Positions 9,324-18,692 of a DNA stretch of 64,000 nucleotides are shown here, one piece after another; position 1 is the stretch's first letter; every line of letters begins with the position of its first letter. The translations under genes were made by a program, and so were the position numbers. This stretch comes from a virus. The stretch is taken from IMG/VR virus record IMGVR_UViG_3300019360_000147, positions 9,726 to 73,725 of that record. The stretch is one strand, 5' to 3'. A model generated the notes under the pieces. The model had not been told where the DNA came from and did no database searches. It worked only from the letters and a program-made list of their open reading frames with translations.

Positions 9324-10060
9324 TCCCGTTGCGTCGATTGACCCGCGAAGCCGCTCGCTGCGTCCTCGCTGGCCCGTCTCTTGGCAGTATGGGGCGCCGG
9401 CTGGCGTTCGCTCCGCTCAGACTGTGGCTGACGAACCCAAGACTGGCCTTGCTGTTCGTGGCGGTTCGACCGTACACGATGCTGCCGTATGCCCGGCTGA
9501 GCAAGTTGGCAGAGCTCGCAGACGAGTGCAATCGCAACGGGATTCCTGGAGCGTTTGTCCAGTGCGGGGTGTGGAAGGGGGGCAGTGCAGCCGTGCTGGT
9601 GGCTCTGGCCAACGGCCGACCCGTCGAGTTATTCGACACGTTTGCTGGTTGTCCAGCGCCTGAGCCGAAAGATATCTCCGTCCACGACCGGCCCGGTCAC
9701 GCCGGTGAGGCTGCGGCTGGGATGGAGTTCATCCTCCGCGTATTGGACAGGCTGGGCCTGAACGATCCCACGGTGCGGGTTTATCCTGGCCTGATCGAAA
9801 GAACCGTCCCGTTGGCGAAGGAGGGCATCGACCGAGTCGCCCTGCTACACCTTGATTGCGACTGGTACTCCGCTACACGAACTGCCATGGAGGAGTTGTA
9901 TCCCCGACTGGAGCACGGGGGATACGTCTTTGCCGACGACGCGGGATATTGGCCATCATCCCTAGAGGGAATCGAACAGTATTTCCTGATGCGGGCAAGT
10001 GATGTACCACCACTGACCTGGGTGGACCATACGGGAGCATATTGGCGAAAGACCGAGTAA
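9320..10060 (+). CDS. TylF/MycF-family sugar O-methyltransferase
   Basis: GAFVQCGVWKGG, FDTFAG, LLHLDCDWY. Confidence 0.85.
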   Translation: MIPLRRLTREAARCVLAGPSLGSMGRRLAFAPLRLWLTNPRLALLFVAVRPYTMLPYARLSKLAELADECNRNGIPGAFVQCGVWKGGSAAVLVALANGRPVELFDTFAGCPAPEPKDISVHDRPGHAGEAAAGMEFILRVLDRLGLNDPTVRVYPGLIERTVPLAKEGIDRVALLHLDCDWYSATRTAMEELYPRLEHGGYVFADDAGYWPSSLEGIEQYFLMRASDVPPLTWVDHTGAYWRKTE

Positions 10061-10078
10061 TCCGGTTCCGCCTGCGCT

Positions 10079-10633
10079 GTGCTGGGAACGGATCCCCGTA
10101 CTATACCGTCAGGCGAAAAGAGGACGACCACGGGCCAGGGGATCCTCTCGGCGTGTACGACAGATTTGAGGCGGTTGCTGGCCTTCCGCCGCAAGGTCCG
10201 GGCTGCTGGCCTGCGGATCGTCGGACCGGACTGGACGCCCATCGAGGCCATACGCATTCCTCGCCCCGATGCGTGGTTCGCGGGCCAGAGCGAGTCCCCG
10301 TGGCGGACCGTGTTTGATACCCCGCATTACAAGTTGCTGACGGTGCAGCATGGGACGTGGTGGAACCTGCGTGAAACAGATTACTGGGCGTGGCAGCGGT
10401 CGATTCGTGGACTGGATCACTCGCGGCCGGACGACTGGATAGCGGCGATGGCGGAGCGACTGAAACGCTTGCAATCTTCGATCCATGGTGAGGGCTATCG
10501 GCTGCGGTCGGTGGCGGACCGGATCGCGGTCATGGAGGGTGGCACGCTGTGGGACGGCGGGCATCGGCTGGCGTGTTTGGCGGCTGAGGGATGGGTGCTG
10601 GTGCCGGTGGTGGTGGTGCGGTCGAATGACTAA
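10079..10633 (+). CDS. ParB/Srx-domain-like protein (start uncertain)
   Basis: LQSSIHGEGY...LWDGGHRLACL...VPV pattern. Confidence 0.55.
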   Translation: MLGTDPRTIPSGEKRTTTGQGILSACTTDLRRLLAFRRKVRAAGLRIVGPDWTPIEAIRIPRPDAWFAGQSESPWRTVFDTPHYKLLTVQHGTWWNLRETDYWAWQRSIRGLDHSRPDDWIAAMAERLKRLQSSIHGEGYRLRSVADRIAVMEGGTLWDGGHRLACLAAEGWVLVPVVVVRSND

Positions 10634-10639
10634 ACCGCA

Positions 10640-12103
10640 ATGAAAGTCCTTTTTGTGTTACCGCAGGTCGGTGCCGCCGTGCCAAGTTACCATGCCATCT
10701 CCATTCTTTCTGCCGTGGCAAAAGCGAACGGCCACGAGACCGCCTTGCTGGAGATGCCGGAGATGCGGCTGCAGGCTGTGGCCGAGGCGATTGCACAGCA
10801 CGATCCCGCCGTGGTCGCGATTACGTCGGTGACACAACAGATCCCGTATAGCACGCACATCATCGCCCACGTCAAGCAAAAGTTCCCGCGCATCTACACG
10901 GTGTTAGGAGGGACCCATGCCATCGTCAGACCTCACGTCATTGACGACATTGCTGGACTGGATGCTCTGGCCACGAACGAATCAGAAGGTCCACTTGTTG
11001 ATCTCTTATCGGCGCTCGACGCGGGGCGGACCCCGACTGACATTCCGAACTTTGCCTTTCGGGTAGGCGGACAAGTGCTTCGCCCTGTCCGGACGTACTC
11101 CTGCACGGAAGAGGAAATGACCTCGTTGCCGTTCGAGGATCGAGAGCTGTTCCCCCGGTGGAGAAACACGCCCAAAGGGCTGCCGCTGGAGTCGCTGGGC
11201 ATCCGGCCAAGGTTCTGGATCAGCCGCGGGTGCATGTACCGTTGTGCCTTCTGCAGCCTCCCAACCCTTCGGGCCCAGTACCCCGTCAAGAACTTCGTCC
11301 GCTACCCCACGGCTGAGCGCGCGATCGCTGAGATCGAATCCGTAGCCGACCGCTGGACCTTCGGGACCTATCTCATAGACGACGACGTCTTCCTGCACCG
11401 TCCGAAGTGGGTGGTCGAGGAGTGGGCAGCGAAATACCCGGACAGGCTGAAGCATCTCCGGTACGAGGTCCAGGTGCGGGTGGAGGCCGCGACCGAGGAC
11501 GGCATCCGGGCCTTGAAGGACACCGGATGCAGCCTTGCCAAGTTCGGGCTGGAGAGCGGGGACTTCGCCTACCGGAAGCATGTCTATGATCGGAACGTGA
11601 CGGACGAGCGGATCCTGGACGTGTTCGAGATGTGCCGGAAGCACGGGCTGAAGGCGCACACGTTCAATATCCTCGCCGGCCCCGATGAGACCCGGCGCCA
11701 GGTGTGGAGGACGGTGCGGATGAACCAGCGCCTCAAGCCGGATCGCTGCCAGATTTCGATTTTTGCCCCCTACCCAGGCACACCGCTTGGGGACAAGATG
11801 GCGCGGGAGGGGCGGGTGCTGAAGCACGTCAATAACTACTTCGAGGAATCGCCATTGGATTTGCGGACGATGAAACCGTGGGAGGTCAAGCTGTACTTTC
11901 GCTTCTTCCGGCTGGCTGTCTATCTCGCCTACTCCCCCCGCCGAGCCTGGTCCGAGCTCGTCGGCCTTGTGAAGTGGCTGCGGGACAAGATCAGACGGCG
12001 GCGGACGCGGTACGACCTGGAGGCGGAAAGCACGCGGGTCGGGGGAGGTGCGGTGATCCTGCAAGGGGACGCACCGGTGCTCAACCAGCCGTGGACTCCA
12101 TGA
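10640..12103 (+). CDS. cobalamin-binding radical SAM enzyme
   Basis: N-terminal B12 domain (LGGTHA), SRGCMYRCAFC (CxxxCxxC), GLESG, PYPGT. Confidence 0.9.
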   Translation: MKVLFVLPQVGAAVPSYHAISILSAVAKANGHETALLEMPEMRLQAVAEAIAQHDPAVVAITSVTQQIPYSTHIIAHVKQKFPRIYTVLGGTHAIVRPHVIDDIAGLDALATNESEGPLVDLLSALDAGRTPTDIPNFAFRVGGQVLRPVRTYSCTEEEMTSLPFEDRELFPRWRNTPKGLPLESLGIRPRFWISRGCMYRCAFCSLPTLRAQYPVKNFVRYPTAERAIAEIESVADRWTFGTYLIDDDVFLHRPKWVVEEWAAKYPDRLKHLRYEVQVRVEAATEDGIRALKDTGCSLAKFGLESGDFAYRKHVYDRNVTDERILDVFEMCRKHGLKAHTFNILAGPDETRRQVWRTVRMNQRLKPDRCQISIFAPYPGTPLGDKMAREGRVLKHVNNYFEESPLDLRTMKPWEVKLYFRFFRLAVYLAYSPRRAWSELVGLVKWLRDKIRRRRTRYDLEAESTRVGGGAVILQGDAPVLNQPWTP

Positions 12104-12693
12104 ATCCCCATCTCCACTACTCCCGCGATACCAGCCAGGAGGGCCAGTTCGACCCGGCCATGCCCTGGTTTGGCCGCGTGGCTCCGCTTCTGACTTCGCT
12201 CCCTCCATGCACCGTGGCCCTGGATGTGGGTTGCAACAGCGGGGGGTTGGGAGAACGTCTGACCGCTCACGGCTGCTCGGTGGTTGGGGTAGACCTTGCC
12301 ATGCAATTCCTCCCCCGTGCCGTCAAGAAAGGCTACGTGGGTGCAATCCAGGCCGATGCCCAGGCGCTTCCCTTTCGAGACGGCAGCTTCCCCGTGGTCA
12401 TCCTGTCGGAGATCCTGGAGCATGTCCCGGATGCCGAGCGGTGCGTGGCGGAAGCGGCCCGGGTCCTGATGCCGCACGGGTGGCTACTCGGGGACGTCCC
12501 GACGTGGTTCGGGCGGTGGGGGCTGCGGAGCTTGCGTGGGCACAAGTGGCACGTACGAACCCTCTCCGAACGCAGATTGCGGGCATTGTTAGGGGCGCAT
12601 CTTGAGGTGGCCCACGTGTCGTACAGGCGGGCGTCATTGACTGCGGGGTACCTCCTGCCCCAGTGGGTGCACTTCAAGGCCACGAAGCGATGA
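12100..12693 (+). CDS. class I SAM-dependent methyltransferase
   Basis: ALDVGCNSG, LPFRDGSF, EILEHV. Confidence 0.85.
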   Translation: MNPHLHYSRDTSQEGQFDPAMPWFGRVAPLLTSLPPCTVALDVGCNSGGLGERLTAHGCSVVGVDLAMQFLPRAVKKGYVGAIQADAQALPFRDGSFPVVILSEILEHVPDAERCVAEAARVLMPHGWLLGDVPTWFGRWGLRSLRGHKWHVRTLSERRLRALLGAHLEVAHVSYRRASLTAGYLLPQWVHFKATKR

Positions 12694-13313
12694 CGACCGT
12701 GGGTCGTGCTGCCAAACGCTGGACCGGCAAAGAGCTGGCCCGGGGAGTCGATCGCTACCGCCGATACCTCGCCCTGTTCGGACTGACCGAGGACAGTTTC
12801 AAATACCAGACCGTTTGCCACGTGGGGTGCGGCCCCCTTGGTGGCGTCCTCTCCGTCCTCCGCGGTGTGCACTCCGCCTACCGGGTTGACCGCGATGTGG
12901 ATATCTACCGCGGGATGGGGTGCTGCCCCGACTGCGGGATCGTTCGAGACCTGCACCACTTCCGCATCCTCACACGGGAGGCGCCGCTCCTTCCGATCCA
13001 TCGGCGGACCGGCCGCTCGCCCGTTCCGTCGGAGAGTTGTGATGCCGTGTTCTGTCTTGGGGACATCAACGATACGCCGTGGCTCGTCACCCTCGAACAT
13101 GAGTTGCGGCGGATCTGCAAGGCGGGCGGGCGGCTGTATTTGTGGTGGCGGGTCGCGGACGGCAATGCTCCGGGCGTCCGGTCGGAGCGCGTTCGGCGGA
13201 TCTTTAAAGACAGCCGGTGGATGTGGGGCACGGTCAGTCAGGGAGCCGATCTGCCGAACCTGTTCCCGGCCGTGAAAGCGATGTGGACGGTGTTGACGCG
13301 GGTCAGGGAGTAA
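12690..13313 (+). CDS. divergent class I methyltransferase
   Basis: CHVGCGPLG, CDAVFC, ELRRICKAGG. Confidence 0.6.
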   Translation: MTTVGRAAKRWTGKELARGVDRYRRYLALFGLTEDSFKYQTVCHVGCGPLGGVLSVLRGVHSAYRVDRDVDIYRGMGCCPDCGIVRDLHHFRILTREAPLLPIHRRTGRSPVPSESCDAVFCLGDINDTPWLVTLEHELRRICKAGGRLYLWWRVADGNAPGVRSERVRRIFKDSRWMWGTVSQGADLPNLFPAVKAMWTVLTRVRE

Positions 13314-13337
13314 ACACGGTAGGAGGGTTGTGAGCAG

Positions 13338-14507
13338 TTGATGGAAAAGTTGAAAGCCTACAAGACCGAGCTTGACCCCAACAACGTCCAGCGAACCTTG
13401 CTGGCAAAACATGCTGGCGCTGCGCGGTTCGCCTGGAACTGGGCGCTCGGTCGCCGTATCGAGGAATACAAACCCACAGGCAAGTCAAGTAATGTCATCG
13501 AGCAGCATCGGCAGTTGAACGCGCTGAAATCGACCGAGTTCCCCTGGATGTACGAGGTCAGCAAGTGTGCCCCGCAAGAAGCACTGCGAGACTTGGACAA
13601 GGCGTTCAGGAACTTCTTTGCGAAGCGAGCCAAGTATCCAAGGTTCAAGAGCAAGAAGCGTGGCCTGGGCGGGTTTCGCCTGACAGGCAGCATCACCATC
13701 GAAGCAGATAGGATCAAGTTGCCTCGCCTTGGCTGGTTGCGCCTGAAGGAATCGGGATACCTGCCGACAGACGCCAAAATCAACAGCGTCACTGTCAAAG
13801 AACGGGCGGGGCGCTGGTTTGTTAGCGTCCAGGTTGAGGAGCGGTTTGCCGTCACCGAAAACCAAGGTCCGGCAATCGGCCTTGATCTGGGCCTGAAGTC
13901 GTTCGTGGTTGGTTCTGATGGATCGTCTCTTGAATCGCCGAAGCCTCTCCTGCGATCGCTCAGGCGATTGCAGAGGTTAGCCAGGCAACACTCTCGAAAA
14001 CAGAAAGGATCAATGAATCGTCGCAAGTCGGCGAAGCGACTTGCCACACTGCACTACCGGATCAGCTGCCAACGCGCTGACTTCATCCATAAGGCCACAA
14101 GTGAACTGGCAAAAACCAAGTCAGTTATCGTGGTTGAGGATTTGAATGTCGGCGGGATGCTCAAGAATCGCTGCCTTGCTAGGCCCATCGGCGATGCTGG
14201 ATGGTCTGAGTTCGTCAGGCAGCTTGAGTACAAGTCGGCGTGGAATGGCGGTAGCGTGGTCAAAGCTGGCAGGTTCTACCCGTCCACGAAAACATGTTCG
14301 GCTTGTGGCATGATCAAGGACGAAATGCCATTGTCCGTGAGGACATATTGTTGCGGCGGTTGCGGGCTAGTCATCGACCGGGACGTGAACGCCGCAAGGA
14401 ACCTTGTGAGACTGAGTACCGTCAGTTCGACGGGATTTCAAGCCTGTGGAGATTCGCCGTTGGGCGGGTCCGCGAAGCAGGAACCGAGCGTCATGAACAA
14501 TGAGTAA
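13338..14507 (+). CDS. tnpB: TnpB RNA-guided endonuclease, IS607-type, no tnpA nearby
   Basis: KAYKTEL..N HTH; RuvC D (GLDLG), E (VEDL), D (DRDVNAA); CSAC/CGGC zinc finger. Confidence 0.93.
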   Translation: MMEKLKAYKTELDPNNVQRTLLAKHAGAARFAWNWALGRRIEEYKPTGKSSNVIEQHRQLNALKSTEFPWMYEVSKCAPQEALRDLDKAFRNFFAKRAKYPRFKSKKRGLGGFRLTGSITIEADRIKLPRLGWLRLKESGYLPTDAKINSVTVKERAGRWFVSVQVEERFAVTENQGPAIGLDLGLKSFVVGSDGSSLESPKPLLRSLRRLQRLARQHSRKQKGSMNRRKSAKRLATLHYRISCQRADFIHKATSELAKTKSVIVVEDLNVGGMLKNRCLARPIGDAGWSEFVRQLEYKSAWNGGSVVKAGRFYPSTKTCSACGMIKDEMPLSVRTYCCGGCGLVIDRDVNAARNLVRLSTVSSTGFQACGDSPLGGSAKQEPSVMNNE

Positions 14508-14541
14508 GTTTCGGAGAACGGCGAGTCCATGATCTACGTCG
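14410..14541 (+). ncRNA. probable omega-RNA 3' part / IS607 right end (to about 14521) plus flanking guide
   Basis: GAAGCAGGAA...GTAAGTTTCGGAGAACGG resembles IS607-group right ends; 5' boundary unknown. Confidence 0.55.
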
Positions 14542-15020
14542 GCGTCGAGAACAGCCCGGTCAAGGTCCGTATTGCGACTCGGGCACCAGCCAGGACCCTC
14601 TCCGTGGATCCCGCCGATCTCGCCTGGGACTGTCAGCGGCATATCGAGTTCCTGCTGGATGCGGAGAGGCACCTGAAGGACGGGTGGAAGGAAGCGTGGA
14701 TGATCCGGACTGCCTACGCGGGCTGGATGCTGCAAGCGGGGAGGACGCACGGGGCGGTGCTGGCCCGGTGTCGGCGATTCTTGGAGCGGGTGGCGGAGAT
14801 CCGGTTGCATGGTTTGGATGGACCCTGGGCGGTGGTGACGGTGGACGGAATACGGCTGGACGGGTCGCATCGGGCGGCGATTGCGGTGGTGCTTGGAGAG
14901 GACGCGGTGCCTGTGGCCGAGGTGCCGTACCTGGATGACGACGCGCGGTGGCGTCGGGAAGCGGTGGCGTATCGGGCCAAGAGGATTCGGGACGGGAGTG
15001 CGGCGGGAGCGAACCCGTGA
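14529..15020 (+). CDS. ParB/Srx-domain-like protein
   Basis: IRLHG...RLDGSHRAAIAVVLG...VPV. Confidence 0.55.
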   Translation: MIYVGVENSPVKVRIATRAPARTLSVDPADLAWDCQRHIEFLLDAERHLKDGWKEAWMIRTAYAGWMLQAGRTHGAVLARCRRFLERVAEIRLHGLDGPWAVVTVDGIRLDGSHRAAIAVVLGEDAVPVAEVPYLDDDARWRREAVAYRAKRIRDGSAAGANP

Positions 15021-15262
15021 CATCGGGCGTTGAGCACCTCCCGATGACGCTGAAGGAATTGGCCACGAAATTGGGGTGGTCGCAGCGGAGGGTGCAGTAT
15101 TGGCGGGGATTGGGCCTGCCGTTCCATCGGATCGGCGAGCGGAGCATTATCTACTTTCTGGATGAGGTGACGACATGGTTACGGACGATGCCGGGAGCCG
15201 TCCGATGCGATCCCCCCGGCCGACGGGGAAGCACCTCCCGGAGAAGCGGAAAGGGTTCATGA
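15017..15262 (+). CDS. winged-HTH (excisionase/Nu1-like) DNA-binding protein
   Basis: MTLKELATKLGWSQRRVQYWRGLGLP...EVTTWL. Confidence 0.7.
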   Translation: MTSGVEHLPMTLKELATKLGWSQRRVQYWRGLGLPFHRIGERSIIYFLDEVTTWLRTMPGAVRCDPPGRRGSTSRRSGKGS

Positions 15263-15516
15263 TCTACCTGCCGCCCAGCCTCCATGCCAAACTGAAACTG
15301 GAGGCAATCAAGCGGGCAGTCTCCATGTCGGAGGTGGCCTCGACGGCCGTGGCACAGCTCCTCGCCGACGATACGGCGGCAGGGGTGACGGTCATCGCCT
15401 CGACGCCGGAACCGTTCGTTGGGAGATTTGGCGGGGAGCACCACACGCCAAAAGCGGCGGACCCGGTGCCGGAATCCCAGCCGGCAGCTGGGCCCGTGAC
15501 CTACGAAGTCGAGTAG
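15205..15516 (+). CDS. ribbon-helix-helix DNA-binding protein
   Basis: FMIYLPPSLHAKLKLEAIKRAVSMSEV. Confidence 0.7.
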   Translation: MRSPRPTGKHLPEKRKGFMIYLPPSLHAKLKLEAIKRAVSMSEVASTAVAQLLADDTAAGVTVIASTPEPFVGRFGGEHHTPKAADPVPESQPAAGPVTYEVE

Positions 15517-16040
15517 GTTAGTACCCTCGGTGAATCTCGATGAGGATGCCGATGACGAGGATGGACAGGACAGTAGCGTAGATTTTTGGTCATTTTTGAG
15601 GGGCGAGTTACGGTCAAAAAGGGAAAAAGGCCCTCCCGGGAGGGCAGGAGGGCGGCTGGAGAGGGCCGGGGATCAGGCTGAGCCGGCTCGGGCGTCGGGG
15701 GCGAGGAGAAGAAGATCCGACAGAAGGTTGCGAAGCCGCTCGGTCACTGCGGGAGAAAAACATTCTGCTTTCGTGGTGGTGGAGTCCCGGAAGAGAAAGG
15801 CGTACCCGCCTTGGGGGAGAGAGGCTGCGCATCGGAGGGAAGGGATGGAGTCCCAAGAATTCCAGCCGGGGCGGCCGAGGGGCCTACCCCCCAGGGGGGT
15901 GGTCTTTCAGATTCCGACCAGTCGGCCGCGGCTCGGCCGGGCGATCGCCGCCCACATCATCCTGGGCCTGACTGGCGACCAGGACGGCGACCAGACTTAA
16001 CGACCCCTCGTAACCTACTATCAACACACGGTCTCCATTA

Positions 16041-16142
16041 CCGTGAATTCGACTGCCTGTCGAATACCACAGATTGTGCCTCGCGCTGTACATTTTTCAA
16101 ATCAGAAGGCCAGACTCACAATCCATCTGAGTTTCTGATTCG
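16041..16142 (-). CRISPR. degenerate single-spacer CRISPR unit (crRNA-like RNA / solitary repeat unit)
   Basis: Minus strand CGAATCAGAAACTCAGATGGATTGTGAG (25/29 to the 3' part of the array repeat), 34-nt spacer 16114-16081, GGCACAATC (first 9 nt of the repeat), then hairpin ATTCGAC-AGGCA-GTCGAAT. Confidence 0.75.
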
Positions 16143-16815
16143 CCGGAGCTGCCGGCGGATTGAACCCGCACCAGTCGCACGACAGCACGATTCGACCCAC
16201 CCCGCTCAACGCCGGTTCCGACGCTATCACCTGAGGCGTGCCGACCCCGTTCAACGCAGCCGCGCATGGCCGCACACTGGCACACACAACTACACCCGCT
16301 TCAACCTCTTTCAACGTGGACACCCTGGGGCTTACTTCCACCGGATACTCTTACTCTCTCAGACGTACTTCGAGTCACTACAATCAAATCGGGTACTGTG
16401 TGCTGTATCGAGTACTTGGGACTTCAATCCGTCTCCGAGTACTCTATCCGATAGGTCGTACACTATACGTCCTACTACAGAGTACTTCGGACTCGGACGC
16501 TAACGCGCGCGCGAGGCTTGCCATTGGCAATGTCTGCGATCCGCGAGGGGGCGACGTATTGGTATACTTTACCGTACAAGATTGCACAAATAACTGTGCA
16601 AAAGTATTGTCATGTATCCAAAAATATTGTGCACTGTGTTTTCGCTGGCTTGGCGGATCTCCTACAGACAAAGTGCATGATTTACAGGGCAAGAGACATG
16701 GAGCAAAATACTACACGATAGTAATATCAGCCCTTTACGCCCTCAGCACCAATATTGCGCCGACAACGGTGCACTAATGAACGCCGTAGAAACAGATGAC
16801 TAAAGAGGGGAAACC

Positions 16816-17142
16816 ATGAAAACCTATTGGAGCAGCTCGGTAGCAGTAAATGGGCAGGTAAAGTGCCCAACCAGGGATGTGGATCTACCAAGGGCGCTTG
16901 GTAAGTCCATCAAAAGTGCCATTTACTATCTGGCCATCTATCCCAATGCAAGCATTACCATTGAAGAGACGAGAGAGCAGTGCTCGCTGTGCTGGAATGC
17001 TGGCACGGTGAAGGCCGGCAAGAACGGCCTCCGCGGAGGCCGTTGCCCAGAATGCAAGGGCAAGGGCGCAACTGGGAGGGTTGGGTCCATCCCGGTCTGC
17101 CTATCAGACGATTCAAAGTTACAGATCATCCAGACGGCATAA
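16816..17142 (+). CDS. hypothetical early protein with DnaJ-like Cys motifs
   Basis: RBS GAGGGG; CSLC..AG and CPECKGKG. Confidence 0.65.
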   Translation: MKTYWSSSVAVNGQVKCPTRDVDLPRALGKSIKSAIYYLAIYPNASITIEETREQCSLCWNAGTVKAGKNGLRGGRCPECKGKGATGRVGSIPVCLSDDSKLQIIQTA

Positions 17143-17233
17143 CGTCCTAAACCCCAGTCTGTGTCCGGCGGCAGGACAATAGAGAAGCGGCATATTGGGA
17201 TGTGCCACGGACAGCAGAAGGAAGGGGGGAGCC

Positions 17234-17818
17234 ATGTACCGATTAAATACCTCCGAAAAACGATTAGCCGCTCGATGGGTGCCGGAGGGCTATACGGTCA
17301 GCCTCGAATATCCGAGCGTGAATGCCGTCATTCATGCTGGCCAGACGCCCCGAGGGATCCTCGCGCTTGCCTATCGCGGGACCGCAAGTCGGCCTTCTTG
17401 GCACCTGTCGTTCCGGAGCCCTCAAGCATTCACGGATTACGCAGCCCAGTGGCTATCCAACCTTGAGGCGTGGCACGCCCGCAAGGTGGCAGACCGAGCA
17501 GAGCGCAAGGTAGGCCACACTCTCAAGGTGGGAAATGTCCTAGTGAGTACCTGGGGATATGACCAGACCAATGTTGATTTTTACGAAGTCATCGCCGTGC
17601 GCGGCAAAGTCGTTGATCTGCAAGAGATCGGGCAACACGCTACTGCCCAACGTGGACCGGCTGGCGATCTTGTGATCCCGATACGCGGAGGTCGAGGGAA
17701 AATCCTGAAAGGCAAAAGGCCCACGCCAGACAACTACATCCGGATTAACAGTTACTCACACGCCCATCCGTGGAATGGGAAGCAGATGTATCAGACAGAC
17801 CCAATGTTCGGACACTGA
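17234..17818 (+). CDS. hypothetical mobile-element protein
   Basis: RBS; WGYDQTNVDFYEV motif recalled from small phage/plasmid proteins. Confidence 0.65.
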   Translation: MYRLNTSEKRLAARWVPEGYTVSLEYPSVNAVIHAGQTPRGILALAYRGTASRPSWHLSFRSPQAFTDYAAQWLSNLEAWHARKVADRAERKVGHTLKVGNVLVSTWGYDQTNVDFYEVIAVRGKVVDLQEIGQHATAQRGPAGDLVIPIRGGRGKILKGKRPTPDNYIRINSYSHAHPWNGKQMYQTDPMFGH

Positions 17819-17966
17819 TGAGGCGCAGGGAATCATCTCCATCGGTTCCCAGGCCGGTTCCCGGGACGGGGCCTGGCGCCCGGAGCAGCCAGGGGACAGG
17901 ATCGGCCAATGAGCACCCCAGAGACTCCCGCCAGTATCACCATTACCCGGGACTAAGGAGGGCACC

Positions 17967-18680
17967 ATGGCCAAATACGACGTCGAGCATAGTTGCGGAC
18001 ACACCAGCGTGCAGCAGCTCTATGGCCCGGGCAAGGACCGCGAGAGCCGGATCGAGTGGCTGAGCGGGCGGCCCTGCGTGGATTGCTGGAAGGCCGCCAA
18101 GCGGGCCGAGGACGCGATCAAGCCCATCCGCGTTACCGCCGCTACCAACGGCCTGGACAAGGATGAGCAGGGCAACATCCTGGCCGAGATCTATCTCACG
18201 GGCGGGACGGAGCCGCACAAGGACCGCATCAAGGCTTTGGGCTACTCGTGGGGCGAGGTGCGGGGAGGCGTGCTCAATTTCCTGTCCACAGCCTCCGCGC
18301 AGTGGGCGTGGATCAAGCGCCTGCCACTCCTCAGCTTGGGCGAGCGGGCGCCGGCGCTCCTCGCCGAGATCCGGGCCATCGACCCGCGAGCGGAGGGCCG
18401 GGTGGAGATCAATCTCTTGGACATCGAAATGGCCCGCAAGAGTTTGGCGGATCGCGAGGCACGGGTGGCGGCCAACCCCAAGCCCGAGCGGCCGCCTTGG
18501 TACGCCACGCTGATGGCTGGCCCGGACGCGCGGTGGAATGGCAAGATCTACGGGAAGGAGCAGTACGGCTACCGGATCTATATCAGCAACGTCGAGCATC
18601 GGATCACCAAGGATCAGGCAGCCGAGCTCACAGCCTACAACGAGGCCCGGCTGGCCCACAAGGCGGCCAAGACCGCCTGA
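17967..18680 (+). CDS. hypothetical protein with N-terminal Zn-binding motif
   Basis: RBS AAGGAGG; HSCGH...CVDC. Confidence 0.7.
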   Translation: MAKYDVEHSCGHTSVQQLYGPGKDRESRIEWLSGRPCVDCWKAAKRAEDAIKPIRVTAATNGLDKDEQGNILAEIYLTGGTEPHKDRIKALGYSWGEVRGGVLNFLSTASAQWAWIKRLPLLSLGERAPALLAEIRAIDPRAEGRVEINLLDIEMARKSLADREARVAANPKPERPPWYATLMAGPDARWNGKIYGKEQYGYRIYISNVEHRITKDQAAELTAYNEARLAHKAAKTA

Positions 18681-18692
18681 CAGGAGGACGCT

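Noticed and set aside
13338-14507. TnpB as a Cas12-like effector for the mini-array, with 16115-16142 as tracrRNA anti-repeat
   Set aside because: Both TnpBs keep their own IS right ends/omega-RNA, and neither is adjacent to the array. The 16 kb copy has a second partial repeat one spacer-length away, favouring a repeat-spacer-repeat reading. Not fully excluded.
15530-16777. ORFs 15530-16000, 15811-16503 and 16238-16777
   Set aside because: Low-complexity or atypical composition with no motifs; the region looks regulatory.
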